A stretch of 64,000 nucleotides of DNA, from the NCBI GenBank assembly GCA_963846805.1, contig CAWJXH010000003.1:671832-735831 (forward strand), in the 5' to 3' direction. Position numbers and translations under genes: made by a program. Below are positions 19,619 through 28,706 of this stretch, one piece after another. Under the pieces are notes generated by a model. The model saw only the letters and a list, made by a program, of their open reading frames with translations. It searched no databases and was not told the origin of the DNA. This stretch comes from an uncultured Chloroflexia bacterium (lineage in GTDB: Bacteria; Chloroflexota; Anaerolineae; Anaerolineales; Villigracilaceae). Position 1 is the first letter of the stretch, and each line of letters begins with the position of its first letter.

Positions 19619-20323
19619 CTATCGCAGACCGGAAATCAGCCTTTGCAACTTTTCGTAGTGCGAGCCTTTCCAGTAGATCTGTTGGCAGGCTGGACAGATG
19701 TGGAACTCATCGAAATACATCCTGGTCAGCGGCTCAAGCCGATCCAGCACCTGTTCCTTGCTGACCGCCTCCAGGAGATGGTTGCATCGCGGGCAGCGTT
19801 GAAAAGGACGTATCCAGCGCTCCAGCCCATAGCGCTGGAAAACCTCCTGAAACTGGATCTCCGTGATGAGGCTTCTGATGAGGTATCCCCGCGTGATCGC
19901 TTTGCGCATCAACAGCCTCCGGTCGCGGCTCAACAGGATTCGCTGCTCGCCGCCGGAAACGCGGGCCAACTCCTGGTCGGTATAGTCATTACGATATAGG
20001 CAGTCCAGCCCAAGCACGCGCAGTCGGGATGCCAGTCGTCCCAAGTGTCCATCGAGCACAAAGAGCGGTTCCTCGTACTGACCGTCGACCTGCGGCCCTC
20101 CACGGACAACGATCTGATCGCCATTTTGCACAAGATAATCCAGGCCGACCGGTCGATCATTGGCCCGCAATTCGCCAATTTCCGTATGAGGTATCCCCAC
20201 GGACTCGATCAGATGCTTCAGCGATTGTGGCCCGCTGAATGTATATTCGAACGTGCCGTTTCTGTTGGCGAGCGGCAACAGCGAGCTCAGATCGTCGAGG
20301 AAACTGAAGTGTGCGACCTTCAT
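19619..20323 (-). CDS. Mut7-C (DUF82) PIN-like RNase with N-terminal ubiquitin-like domain and C-terminal Zn ribbon
   Basis: N-terminal beta-grasp-like 90 aa (GIPH.EIG....NG......Y.V..GD.I.V). Then FV.D.HLG.LA..LR.LG.D and CP.CN...........CP.C...YW.GSH. Confidence 0.75.
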   Translation of the reverse strand: MKVAHFSFLDDLSSLLPLANRNGTFEYTFSGPQSLKHLIESVGIPHTEIGELRANDRPVGLDYLVQNGDQIVVRGGPQVDGQYEEPLFVLDGHLGRLASRLRVLGLDCLYRNDYTDQELARVSGGEQRILLSRDRRLLMRKAITRGYLIRSLITEIQFQEVFQRYGLERWIRPFQRCPRCNHLLEAVSKEQVLDRLEPLTRMYFDEFHICPACQQIYWKGSHYEKLQRLISGLR

Positions 20324-20405
20324 TGCAGAGAGTTTAGGACGAAATCAGCTTAAAGGCAAATCGCCCGGCGATTCTCACCAGGGCGATTCTTTGCTTTATC
20401 TGGAG

Positions 20406-20479
20406 CGGTCCCGACGGGATTCGAACCCGCGATCTCGGCCTTGACAGGGCCGCATGTTAAACCGCTACACCACGGGACC
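20406..20479 (-). tRNA. tRNA-Asp (GTC)
   Basis: Acceptor GGTCCCG/CGGGACC, anticodon loop CTGTCAA, T-loop GGTTCGAATCC. No encoded CCA. Confidence 0.9.
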
Positions 20480-20527
20480 AGATTTCCAATTGAGCGGGCG
20501 GAAGTTTACCATACGGGTATAGGGAAG

Positions 20528-21678
20528 TCAATACGCGCCGCCTTTATATAGCGATGGGTCGGTCGGTGTTTGTCCGGTCGGGTCGTGGACATAGACCCAG
20601 TCGCCCACGTGCGCCCAGTCAAACAGCCAGTGAGCGTCGCCCACAGACAGGTTTACGCAGCCATGGGATTGAGCATACCCAAAGCGTGTGCGCCAGTAGG
20701 CGCCATGCAGGGCCCGCGGGCCATCGAAGTACATCGTCCACGGAACATCCTCCAGATAATAGAAATCTGTTGGATCGTTGTCCCGCATGGTCTCTGTTGG
20801 TTTCTTTTGCTGGATCTGTAAAGAGGCCGGGCCGGGTCCAGAAGGGATCCAGGCCGGAGGCAATGACAGTGGCAAAGACCAGCTGGTTGTTGTCGTAGAC
20901 CGCCAGGGTCTGTTCGGCGAGATTGACGTCGATCCAACGCGTGGCACTGTTGGATCCGTCTGGGGCCTTTGTGTTGATGACCACCTGCGCCACTTTGCGG
21001 GCCTCCACCCATTCGTCGGGCCCGATCAAGTTCCAATCCGCTCCACCCACAGTCTGCGTATCGTAGATCTGGACGACCGTAAACGGAGCAAGTCTCTGAC
21101 CGGTTTCGGCCGCGTTGTAGCCGGGCGCGGTCATGACCGGAATATCCTCAAATGTCCATCCGAAGGAGTTGCGCGGCGTGGACTTAAACTGCAGTCCTTG
21201 GAACGCCGAGACTTCGTTGATGTGCTGACCTCGGCCGAGAATCCAACCGCCGTTTTGGAGCTCGTAATAAATGCCGTGGCCCGTGTTTACGCTGCCGCCG
21301 TAGGCGATGTAGACAAAGCCAGGATAGAAAGTCTCGATGCCGCTCGTGGCTCCGGGCGAACTCACAACTGGAAGCGGGTTGGTCGTGATCACCTGGAAGT
21401 AGCGAAAGGGAATTTGTGCAAGAGACGCATCCGGCTTGAATGCCGGTAACGGTGTTGGCAGTCCTGCCAGCCCCAATTTCGCCAGGTTGGTCAGGTAGAT
21501 GGATGGGCCGAGGGGCAGGCAATCCTCCGGCGGAAATAAGTACGCGTTCGGCGCGCAAACGACGCCGCCGCTGTCCGGCTCGGGCGGCGGCGCAGTGCCC
21601 TGAGCATTGCGCTGGTTCCACCCCCAGGGAGAGCACTGCAAGTTCGACAAGAAGGAGCGCGAACCACTGCTGCTTCAT
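20528..21678 (-). CDS. Secreted L,D-transpeptidase (YkuD domain), two frame breaks (~20815-20835 and C5 run 21621-21625)
   Basis: Signal peptide MKQQWFALLLVELAVLSLG in one frame, the central domain in a second, and the YkuD catalytic HGAYW....G...SHGCVNL in a third. The three ORFs (21184-21678, 20619-21650, 20528-20947) are collinear. Confidence 0.85.
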
Positions 21679-21712
21679 GGCATATGATTATACTGCGCCC
21701 AAATATGCCAGC

Positions 21713-21740
21713 TTGACACGGCCTTGCCCTGTGCTAAAAT
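21713..21740 (+). promoter_or_regulatory. Sigma70-type promoter of the Roadblock-V4R-ppm unit
   Basis: TTGACA-N16-TAAAAT. Confidence 0.6.
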
Positions 21741-21817
21741 TGCAGACGTTCCTTCTGACGCCAGCCCATGGGATATTCATAGGGGTTGTGCGGTCATTTC
21801 CTTGCGGAGGTCAGTTT

Positions 21818-22189
21818 TTGTCCAAAAATCGCACACAGCAAATGGTGGACCGGCTGCGCGAATTGCAGGCCTCTTCGCCAGACATTGAAGCCTCCGCGAT
21901 TGTAAGCGTGGACGGGTCTGAGCATTGCTTCCGCTTTGCCGCAAGGTGTGGAGGAAGACCGTGTTTCGGCGATGTCGGCTGCGATGTTGTCGTTGGGGGA
22001 GCGCATTGCCAGCGAACTGGGCGCGGCTCCCTGGAGCAGGTCTACATCAAAGGTGAAAAAGGTTATGTCGTCCTGATGTCCGTTGGACAGGAAGCTGTGC
22101 TGACCGCGCTGGCACGCGAACAGGCCAAGCTTGGATTGATCTTCCTGGATATGCGCCGTGCCACCGAAGACCTGGCGAAGCTGATTTAG
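21818..22189 (+). CDS. Roadblock/LC7 (MglB-like) domain protein, two compensating frame breaks
   Basis: TTG start 7 nt after GGAGG. ...IEASAIVSVDG then (other frame) LSIASALPQGVEEDRVSAMSAAMLSLGERIASELG then RGSLEQVYIKGEKGYVVLMSVG...LGLIFLDMRRA. Confidence 0.8.
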   Translation: MSKNRTQQMVDRLRELQASSPDIEASAIVSVDGSEHCFRFAARCGGRPCFGDVGCDVVVGGAHCQRTGRGSLEQVYIKGEKGYVVLMSVGQEAVLTALAREQAKLGLIFLDMRRATEDLAKLI

Positions 22190-22200
22190 TGGAGACTGGA

Positions 22201-22837
22201 ATGAGCGTCCCTTCAGAAGAGCGGTTTGTACTATCCTAACAAGTTTGGCCTAATCACCATTAAGTCCCTGGAAGAAGTGATGGGCAAGAATGGCCTCAAT
22301 GCCATCCTGAACCTGGCCGGTCTGTCGAACTACGTCGACAGCTATCCTGCGGACAACCTGGAGAAGGGTTTCGACTTTGCTGAATTGTCTGCGATCGGCA
22401 CAGCGCTCGAGGAGATGTATGGTCCGCGCGGCGGGCGGGGACTGGCGCTGCGGGCTGGACGTGCCACGTTCTCAGACGCTCTCAAGAATTTCGGCGCGCT
22501 GGCCGGAGTCGCCGACCTGGCCTTTGTAGTCCTGCCGCTGCATGCAAAATTGCGGATCGGCCTGCCGGCATTCGCCAAGATCTTCGTGCAGTTGACCGAT
22601 CAGCAGACCTCTGTCGAAGAGAAAGACAATGAATTCATCTGGACCATACACAAATGCCCCTGCTGCTGGGGACGGCATGGAGCCGATAAGCCCGTATGCT
22701 ATATCGCCACCGGCCTGCTGCAAGAATCTCTCAAGTGGGTTTCTGGCGGCAACGAATTCCGCGTGAACGAATCCAAATGCGTGGCGATCGGCGACGTCGT
22801 GTGCGAGTTTGTCATTCAAAAGGAACCCATTTCCTGA
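22201..22837 (+). CDS. V4R (4-vinyl reductase-like) domain protein (frame broken in T-run 22225-22227)
   Basis: MSVPSEER/LYYPNKFG N-terminus after repair. C-terminal CPCCWG....KPVCY...GLL.......G....V.E..C.A.GD..CEF.I is the V4R signature. Confidence 0.8.
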
Positions 22838-22852
22838 AAAAGAGCAAGTCAC

Positions 22853-23599
22853 TTGCAAATCACTGCCATCATCCCGACCTATAACGAAGCGGAGAACCTG
22901 CCCCAATTGGTCTCCGCTTTATTTTCGCTCCCACTGGATATCCACGCCTTGATCGTCGACGACAACAGCCCTGATGGAACGGGTCAGCTTGCCGATCGCC
23001 TTTCCGGCCAGGATAAGCGCCTTCGCGTTTTGCATCGCGAGGGAAAACTGGGATTGCGTTCCGCCTACCTAAGCGGTATCCGCCTGGCGCTGGATCACGG
23101 CGCAGATGCCATCCTCCAGATGGATGCGGACTTTTCGCATGATCCCGGCCGGATCGCCGATATGCTGCAGATGCTCGCAGACTGTGATGTCGTGCTGGGA
23201 TCGCGATACGTTGCGGGAGGTTCGCTGGACGAACGCTGGCCCCTCTGGCGTCGGAATCTTTCCGGATTTGCGAATTTCTATGCCCGTACGATCCTGGGTA
23301 TGCAGCCACACGATGTGACGACCGGCTATCGGCTTTGGCGGCGCGATACGCTGCTCAACATGCCGCTTCAGCGGATTCAATCCAGCGGCTATATCTTCCT
23401 CGTCGAAATGGCATATTTGGCTCAGTGCCTCGATTACCGGATAGGCGAAATCCCCATACATTTTGCCGAGCGCCGTCTCGGCAAATCCAAGATGTCCTTT
23501 AGAATCCAGGCAGAAGCAGCCTTCCGAGTTTGGTCGGTGTGGTGGCACTACAGAGATTTGCGCGCCGCGGGCCGGGCAGCGCGGGTCACCGGAAATTGA
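22853..23599 (+). CDS. Polyprenol-phosphate mannose synthase (GT2, Ppm1/DPM1-like)
   Basis: IIPTYNEAENL, VDDNSPDGT, MDADFSHDP and a C-terminal RRLG.SKM motif. Confidence 0.85.
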   Translation: MQITAIIPTYNEAENLPQLVSALFSLPLDIHALIVDDNSPDGTGQLADRLSGQDKRLRVLHREGKLGLRSAYLSGIRLALDHGADAILQMDADFSHDPGRIADMLQMLADCDVVLGSRYVAGGSLDERWPLWRRNLSGFANFYARTILGMQPHDVTTGYRLWRRDTLLNMPLQRIQSSGYIFLVEMAYLAQCLDYRIGEIPIHFAERRLGKSKMSFRIQAEAAFRVWSVWWHYRDLRAAGRAARVTGN

Positions 23600-23611
23600 C
23601 CGCTTTCCCGG

Positions 23612-24463
23612 CTATCCCGATCTCGTCTTAAGTGAAGACCATTGTTCGCAGAGGCCGTTCCATTCTGTCAAAAGCAGCGTTTCCGCGCGCCGCCGCGAAT
23701 CAATATTGGCCGCCGCCAGCAATTCCTCTGTTGTCGCCGTGGAAACCCGCAATGCGGATGACAACGCGTTCCGAATCGTCTTTCTCTTTTGGCTGAAGCC
23801 GCCCCTGATCAGCTTGAAAAAGGTGGGAAGCAGAGGCTCGGCAATCACAGGAGCGGGGTAAATCTCAATTCGCACGACAGCCGAATCCACTTTGGGCGCC
23901 GGAAAGAATGCCTGCGCGGGTACCCGGGCAACCATCTCCGGATTTCCATATAGCTGCACACTCAACGCCAGGATACTCATATCGGGCGGTGAGGCGCAGA
24001 TACGCAGGCCCACCTCCTGTTGGACGGTCAGAACGATGCGCCGCGGCCTCGGCTCGCCTTCCAGCAAATGACGGATGATCGCGGACGTAATATTGTAGGG
24101 AATGTTGGCTGCCACCACATAATCTTCTTGAAGCCCAAGGTCCGCGGGCGATAGAGACAGTATGTCCCCATGAACCACTCGGACATTTGTAAATGGTGCG
24201 ATCACCTTATGCAGAACGGGAATGAGCCTTTGATCCACTTCCACCGCCACCACTGTGCCGGCAGAACGCGAAAGATAGCGCGTTAGGCTTCCCAGGCCTG
24301 CGCCGATCTCCAATACGCTGTCGGTGGCCTGGATCTCTGCGCAGGCCGCTATGCGTTCCAGCGCAACCGGATCCTGAAGAAAATTCTGGCCGAGCCGTTT
24401 ACTGGGGTTCAGGCCAATCTGCCTGAGCAGTGCAGCCGCATCGAGCAACTCTAAAGTATTCAC
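23612..24463 (-). CDS. rsmA: 16S rRNA (adenine1518/1519-N6)-dimethyltransferase RsmA/KsgA
   Basis: LGQNFL.D and the SAM motif VLEIGAGLGSLT, NIPYNITS. GTG start overlaps the LCP stop (GTGA). The longer ORF to 24805 overlaps the LCP gene. Confidence 0.9.
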   Translation of the reverse strand: MNTLELLDAAALLRQIGLNPSKRLGQNFLQDPVALERIAACAEIQATDSVLEIGAGLGSLTRYLSRSAGTVVAVEVDQRLIPVLHKVIAPFTNVRVVHGDILSLSPADLGLQEDYVVAANIPYNITSAIIRHLLEGEPRPRRIVLTVQQEVGLRICASPPDMSILALSVQLYGNPEMVARVPAQAFFPAPKVDSAVVRIEIYPAPVIAEPLLPTFFKLIRGGFSQKRKTIRNALSSALRVSTATTEELLAAANIDSRRRAETLLLTEWNGLCEQWSSLKTRSG

Positions 24464-25596
24464 TGGCAAAGGGAGGTGGTGCGGTCGGAGCTGGAAGCTG
24501 TCGCGGAAGCGGGCCAGGTGCCCGACTGAAATTGTGCCACGTAGCTCCTCAGGATATTGAAATCCGCGTCCCAGATGAAGACGCCCTTCTTGAAGACGGG
24601 GTCGTATATTCTCGTACCAGTGAAGAGATTCTCGGGAAAACTGTAAAGCCTGATGTTGTTTCTCGGGAGTTGTGTCGCCAGGCAAGCTAACTGACTCATG
24701 ATGTTTGGGCTGAGATCGGTTTGGACTGAGCCCTGGAATGACTGGAGCAGCGCAGGGATCTCGGTTATCACGCCTGGGTTGGCAAGCTTCTTCTGGAACG
24801 CGCACAATACTATGTCCTGATACTCTCCACGCGAGAACACCCCGTCAACGCGGTTCCGCGCCAAAGCAAGTGCCTCCGTGCCGTCTACGTGATGCGTCCC
24901 CTTCTGGAAGTTGGGATCATGGCTGCCGGCCACAGGCGCATCCAGTGTGATGTCCAGGCCTCCTACGGCGTCGACCATCTTGACGAAGGTCACCATGTTG
25001 ACAGCAATATAGTGGTCAACCTTAACACCAAAGTTCAAGTCGAGAGTCCGCGCCAGGAGCCCGGGTCCAGCGCTTGGGTCATCCCAATATTTGAAACCGT
25101 CACCTGGGTTTCCATAGAGATAAGCCTGGTTCAGCTTTTCGTGGTCCTGCCCATTCAGGTTATCCGAAATGTAGGGGATTTCGACCCATAGATCACGTGG
25201 AAAATCGAGGACAGTGACACGCGGCGTTACGAAGTCAACGCGCACGACACGCATCACATCCGAAAGTCCCCATGTGTAGCCGGTGCTGCGCGTATCTGAG
25301 CCGATGGCAAGAATGGTCATGACGGGCGGTCCGCCGCAACGGGGCACGCCGGTGGGCGTACTGGCCGCGATGAAGGGTTTAAGGCGGAGCGAGAGAGGTG
25401 TCGGGGTCCAGGTAGCTGGCAGGCCAATGGGGGTATATGGTGATGTAGGCAGCGCAGCACCCAAAGGTTGTCCGCCCCATTGCTGATAGGCGTTCCAACC
25501 CATAAACCCCACCACAACGACCAATGCACAGGCTATTATGGAAAGGACAGCGATTATCGCCTTCTGTGTGCTGGTCAAGCTGCCGTGGCCTCGCAA
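24460..25596 (-). CDS. LCP (LytR-CpsA-Psr) family cell-envelope phosphotransferase
   Basis: N-terminal TM helix, then ILAIGSD.R......LSDVM.V.R.D......V.....PRDL.V.IP. Confidence 0.85.
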   Translation of the reverse strand: MRGHGSLTSTQKAIIAVLSIIACALVVVVGFMGWNAYQQWGGQPLGAALPTSPYTPIGLPATWTPTPLSLRLKPFIAASTPTGVPRCGGPPVMTILAIGSDTRSTGYTWGLSDVMRVVRVDFVTPRVTVLDFPRDLWVEIPYISDNLNGQDHEKLNQAYLYGNPGDGFKYWDDPSAGPGLLARTLDLNFGVKVDHYIAVNMVTFVKMVDAVGGLDITLDAPVAGSHDPNFQKGTHHVDGTEALALARNRVDGVFSRGEYQDIVLCAFQKKLANPGVITEIPALLQSFQGSVQTDLSPNIMSQLACLATQLPRNNIRLYSFPENLFTGTRIYDPVFKKGVFIWDADFNILRSYVAQFQSGTWPASATASSSDRTTSLCQ

Positions 25597-25801
25597 TCAA
25601 GGTTGCGGGAGCGGAGACTGCTGCCAAATGACCATATCAATATGCGAAATATGGCGCTGCAAGCCGTTGAAATCCACATCCCATATGAAAGTATAACCGA
25701 AGAACAGTTCTTCCATGCCAGTATGGATCACATTCTCGGACGGGAGCCAAGCGCGGCCGAAGCATACTCACATCCAGGTCGCCGAGGTTGATGCGAACCA
25801 T
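25597..25801 (-). pseudogene. Remnant resembling the C-terminus of an LCP protein
   Basis: Translates (one frame shift) to MVRINLGDLDVSML...NVIHTGMEELFFGYTFIWDVDFNGLQRHISHI... Compare FIWDADFNILRSYVAQF at the end of the adjacent LCP gene. Ends at a TGA in frame with, and directly abutting, the LCP start. Confidence 0.45.
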
Positions 25802-25805
25802 TGGA

Positions 25806-27005
25806 TCACTGCAAAACGTCCACGATATTTGCAGGCGCAGGTGCCAGAAAATATACGGTTACGAATTTTCCCCACTGGTCCCCCTCCAGTGCGAACTGCG
25901 CGTCCGTATACCCCAGATCCACCCATGGCTTTCCGACACAGCCGCCGCAAACATCTTCTATGGTTGCATAGCCATAACCAGGGACGTACAGCGCCTGGCC
26001 TTGCATACTGAGGTACCAACTATACTTCACGGCCACCACGCCTTTTTGAACGACTTTGCCGCTGGAGGTGCCTGGATAACAGCGATCACCGCCCGAATTG
26101 CAGGGCGAGTATGCGGTGGTAAACATTTGTACGGCGCGCCAATAACTGATTTGCACGCCGTCCACTGTGGCAGTATGGACAACGACCTTGGTGCCATATG
26201 CAACCACGCGATCCTGGGGAGGGCGTACGACCGTTTGCGACTCGATTTGCCGCGACACCTCTTTGCCGTCCTGGAATTGGATACGTGTTCTGCTCACAAC
26301 CAGGCCAAGCTGGCCCGGCTGTAGAACCTGCTGATGATCCAGCTCCACATCCGCCGAAGCCTGAAAATCAGTGGTGAAGGGAATGGATTTTTGCGCCAAT
26401 ACGAGAGACTCGCTAATTCTTGTTAAGCCAATTTGTCCGTCCTTGGGAGGAGCCGCATTTTCAGCTGGGTGGCCCGAATCCAAGCCGATGAGCGGCATGC
26501 CGGCCTGAGCTAGTGCGCTGCCCACCACGGCAGCCGAAGACCGGATTGGGATCTGCTTTCCGTCAGCCTGGATGACCATTTGCTGTGACGGAACGTAAGT
26601 AATCCTAGTCGCTGCCGCGACCGGCGTATCCGCTGGGGGATCCAGCCTGTCTACTGCATAAATCTGTGCGCCCGCTGAGGAAAGGACCTCTCCGACTGTC
26701 GAGGCCGTCGTTTGAACCGTCCGGCTGTTGATGGTTACCTCAAAGGCGCGCTGAATTTGCAGAGTGTAGGAGGCGGCGAATGGGAGCGCCTGGTTGGGGC
26801 CCACGGCAACCCCATTACAGAGGATGCGATCAGCCGGCCCAATGATCCACCCGGCTTGTGCCGCGATGGTTGCGGGAACGCGGTCATTCGTGACGATCGT
26901 TCGTATTTGCTGCCCATCAAGAATGGCGACTCTGCTTGGCTGCTGCGGCTGGCAGGCGATCGCAGATGCAAGACTGGCCAAGGCCAGCCAGTGGAGAATC
27001 TTCAT
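25806..27005 (-). CDS. DUF348-G5-3D domain protein (YabE-like, cell-wall associated)
   Basis: Signal/lipobox-like N-terminus (LASAIAC), G5-like middle region, and a C-terminal 3D domain (TAYSPC.....RCYPGTSSGK...GVVAV). Confidence 0.8.
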   Translation of the reverse strand: MKILHWLALASLASAIACQPQQPSRVAILDGQQIRTIVTNDRVPATIAAQAGWIIGPADRILCNGVAVGPNQALPFAASYTLQIQRAFEVTINSRTVQTTASTVGEVLSSAGAQIYAVDRLDPPADTPVAAATRITYVPSQQMVIQADGKQIPIRSSAAVVGSALAQAGMPLIGLDSGHPAENAAPPKDGQIGLTRISESLVLAQKSIPFTTDFQASADVELDHQQVLQPGQLGLVVSRTRIQFQDGKEVSRQIESQTVVRPPQDRVVAYGTKVVVHTATVDGVQISYWRAVQMFTTAYSPCNSGGDRCYPGTSSGKVVQKGVVAVKYSWYLSMQGQALYVPGYGYATIEDVCGGCVGKPWVDLGYTDAQFALEGDQWGKFVTVYFLAPAPANIVDVLQ

Positions 27006-27102
27006 CTGCTCATTATAAATTCCCCCAAGGGGGAATGCCAGGCTGTTGCCTGAAAGGCTCCGAGCCTCGATCCAGATCCGGGAGGCGCCCCGAGGCTGAT
27101 TT

Positions 27103-27237
27103 TCAATATTTCAACTTCCCATCTTTCAGATTCCACACCTCGGAGGCAAAGTGTTCGATGCAGTACCGGTCGTGCACCACGGCGAGCAGGATCGGCTGAA
27201 TGCCGTAGGATTTAGAGACGTGGTGGACGCTAAACAT
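27103..27237 (-). pseudogene. 44-codon mini-ORF that fuses the start and the end of an ABC ATPase domain
   Basis: MFSVHHVSKSYGIQPIL (ABC N-terminus) is joined directly to VVHDRYCIEHFASEVWNLKDGKLKY (H-loop and end of an ABC domain). AGGAG lies 8 nt upstream. Confidence 0.45.
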
Positions 27238-27437
27238 GAGCCAATACTCCTGTGTCTATACGCGTCTGCTAGAATTAAAACATAAACCGAGGGTGACGCC
27301 CTCGGATTAGATCAAGCGATCGAGTTGTACCCTAAAAAGCGTGATGGTTTAGAGAATGTCCGTCATTTCAAAAGCTCCTGAAATTCGTATCCAAATTATA
27401 TCACCGCTTCAAGAACCGGAAATGGACGCTGGCGCGG

Positions 27438-28574
27438 CTATCGCAGCAACTCATTGAGCGCCGCGAGAAACAGCACGACGTTTTCCTTTCGGCTGGAGTA
27501 GCCCATCAATCCAATCCGCCACACCTGATCCTTCAGGGCACCAAAACCCGCCGCAATCTCGATGTTGTATTCATTGAGCAGCCGGGCGCGTACTTTATGA
27601 GGATCCACCCCCGGCGGCACGCGGGCGGTCGTTAAAACTGGTAGTCGGTAATCGTGGGGGATGAACGGCGCTACATCCATCTTCTCCAGACCTTCCCACA
27701 GCAGCCCAGCGTTGCCGCGATAGCGGGCGAAGGTGCGATCCAGGCCGTCCTCCGCAATGACGCGCAGCCCCTCTCGCAGGCCAAAATGCAGGCTGGCTGA
27801 GGCAGTGTGGTGATAGGCATGCGGCTCCATCCAGTAATTGGCGTACTGCTTCAAATCAAGGTAAAAGGAACCAACGGGCGCGTTCCGCCTTTCAATGGCT
27901 TCTTTGGCACGCGCCCCGACCGTTATCGGCGCCAAGCCGGACGGCGCACCCAGATTCTTCTGGCTGGCTGAATACGCTATATCCACATCCCATTCTTCGA
28001 TCTTGACTGGGATGCCGCCCAGTGACGTCACGGTATCCAATATGATGAGAGAACCCTGTTTGTGAGCGGCGGCCGCAATATCCTGTATGTGGAGTTGTTC
28101 CACACCGGTCGAAGTCTCAGCGTGGACAATCGTCATCATCTTGTATTTTTTCCTTGTCAGCGCCGCGTCAACTTCCTCAACATCGAACATCTCTCCCAGG
28201 GGCCGCTCAATTCTATCCACGCTTCCGCCAAGCCGTGCAGACATCTCGGCCAACCGCGCGCCGAAATATCCGCAGACGCATGCCAGCACTGTGTCTCCAG
28301 GTTCAATCAAGTTTGTCAGTGCCGCTTCCATGCCAGCAGTACCCGTGCCGGACAGGGCGAACGTCCATGGATTTTGAGTCTGGAAAACGTATCGGAGCAA
28401 CTGCTGTTCGTCCTCAAAGATCTTCAGCAGTTCCGGATCGAGATGTCCGAGCGTCGGCGCGCCCAAGGCGCGAATTACGCGTGGGTGGGGCATTCCCGGC
28501 CCGGGCCCCAGAAGAACGCGGGTTGACGGGTTTAGGTCAGCGAAAATGGGAACGGAAATCTGATGCTGTTTCAT
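27438..28574 (-). CDS. Class V PLP aminotransferase (serine-pyruvate / alanine-glyoxylate type)
   Basis: LLGPGP N-terminus, TSTG, D.VTSLGG and the PLP lysine motif SASQKNLG. Confidence 0.85.
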   Translation of the reverse strand: MKQHQISVPIFADLNPSTRVLLGPGPGMPHPRVIRALGAPTLGHLDPELLKIFEDEQQLLRYVFQTQNPWTFALSGTGTAGMEAALTNLIEPGDTVLACVCGYFGARLAEMSARLGGSVDRIERPLGEMFDVEEVDAALTRKKYKMMTIVHAETSTGVEQLHIQDIAAAAHKQGSLIILDTVTSLGGIPVKIEEWDVDIAYSASQKNLGAPSGLAPITVGARAKEAIERRNAPVGSFYLDLKQYANYWMEPHAYHHTASASLHFGLREGLRVIAEDGLDRTFARYRGNAGLLWEGLEKMDVAPFIPHDYRLPVLTTARVPPGVDPHKVRARLLNEYNIEIAAGFGALKDQVWRIGLMGYSSRKENVVLFLAALNELLR

Positions 28575-28706
28575 TCTATGCAACCATCCAAGTTTACTTC
28601 ATTTTCGTTCAACAGCAGAATCTCGTTATAGTTCATGCCGGCGGTATTGCATTGCACTGGCTTCCCTGCTATCCTAGTCGACAACACCCAAAGGAGCAGA
28701 AGTTCC

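Noticed and set aside
20253-20444. 63-aa plus-strand ORF
   Set aside because: It overlaps tRNA-Asp (20406-20479) on the opposite strand and has no support.
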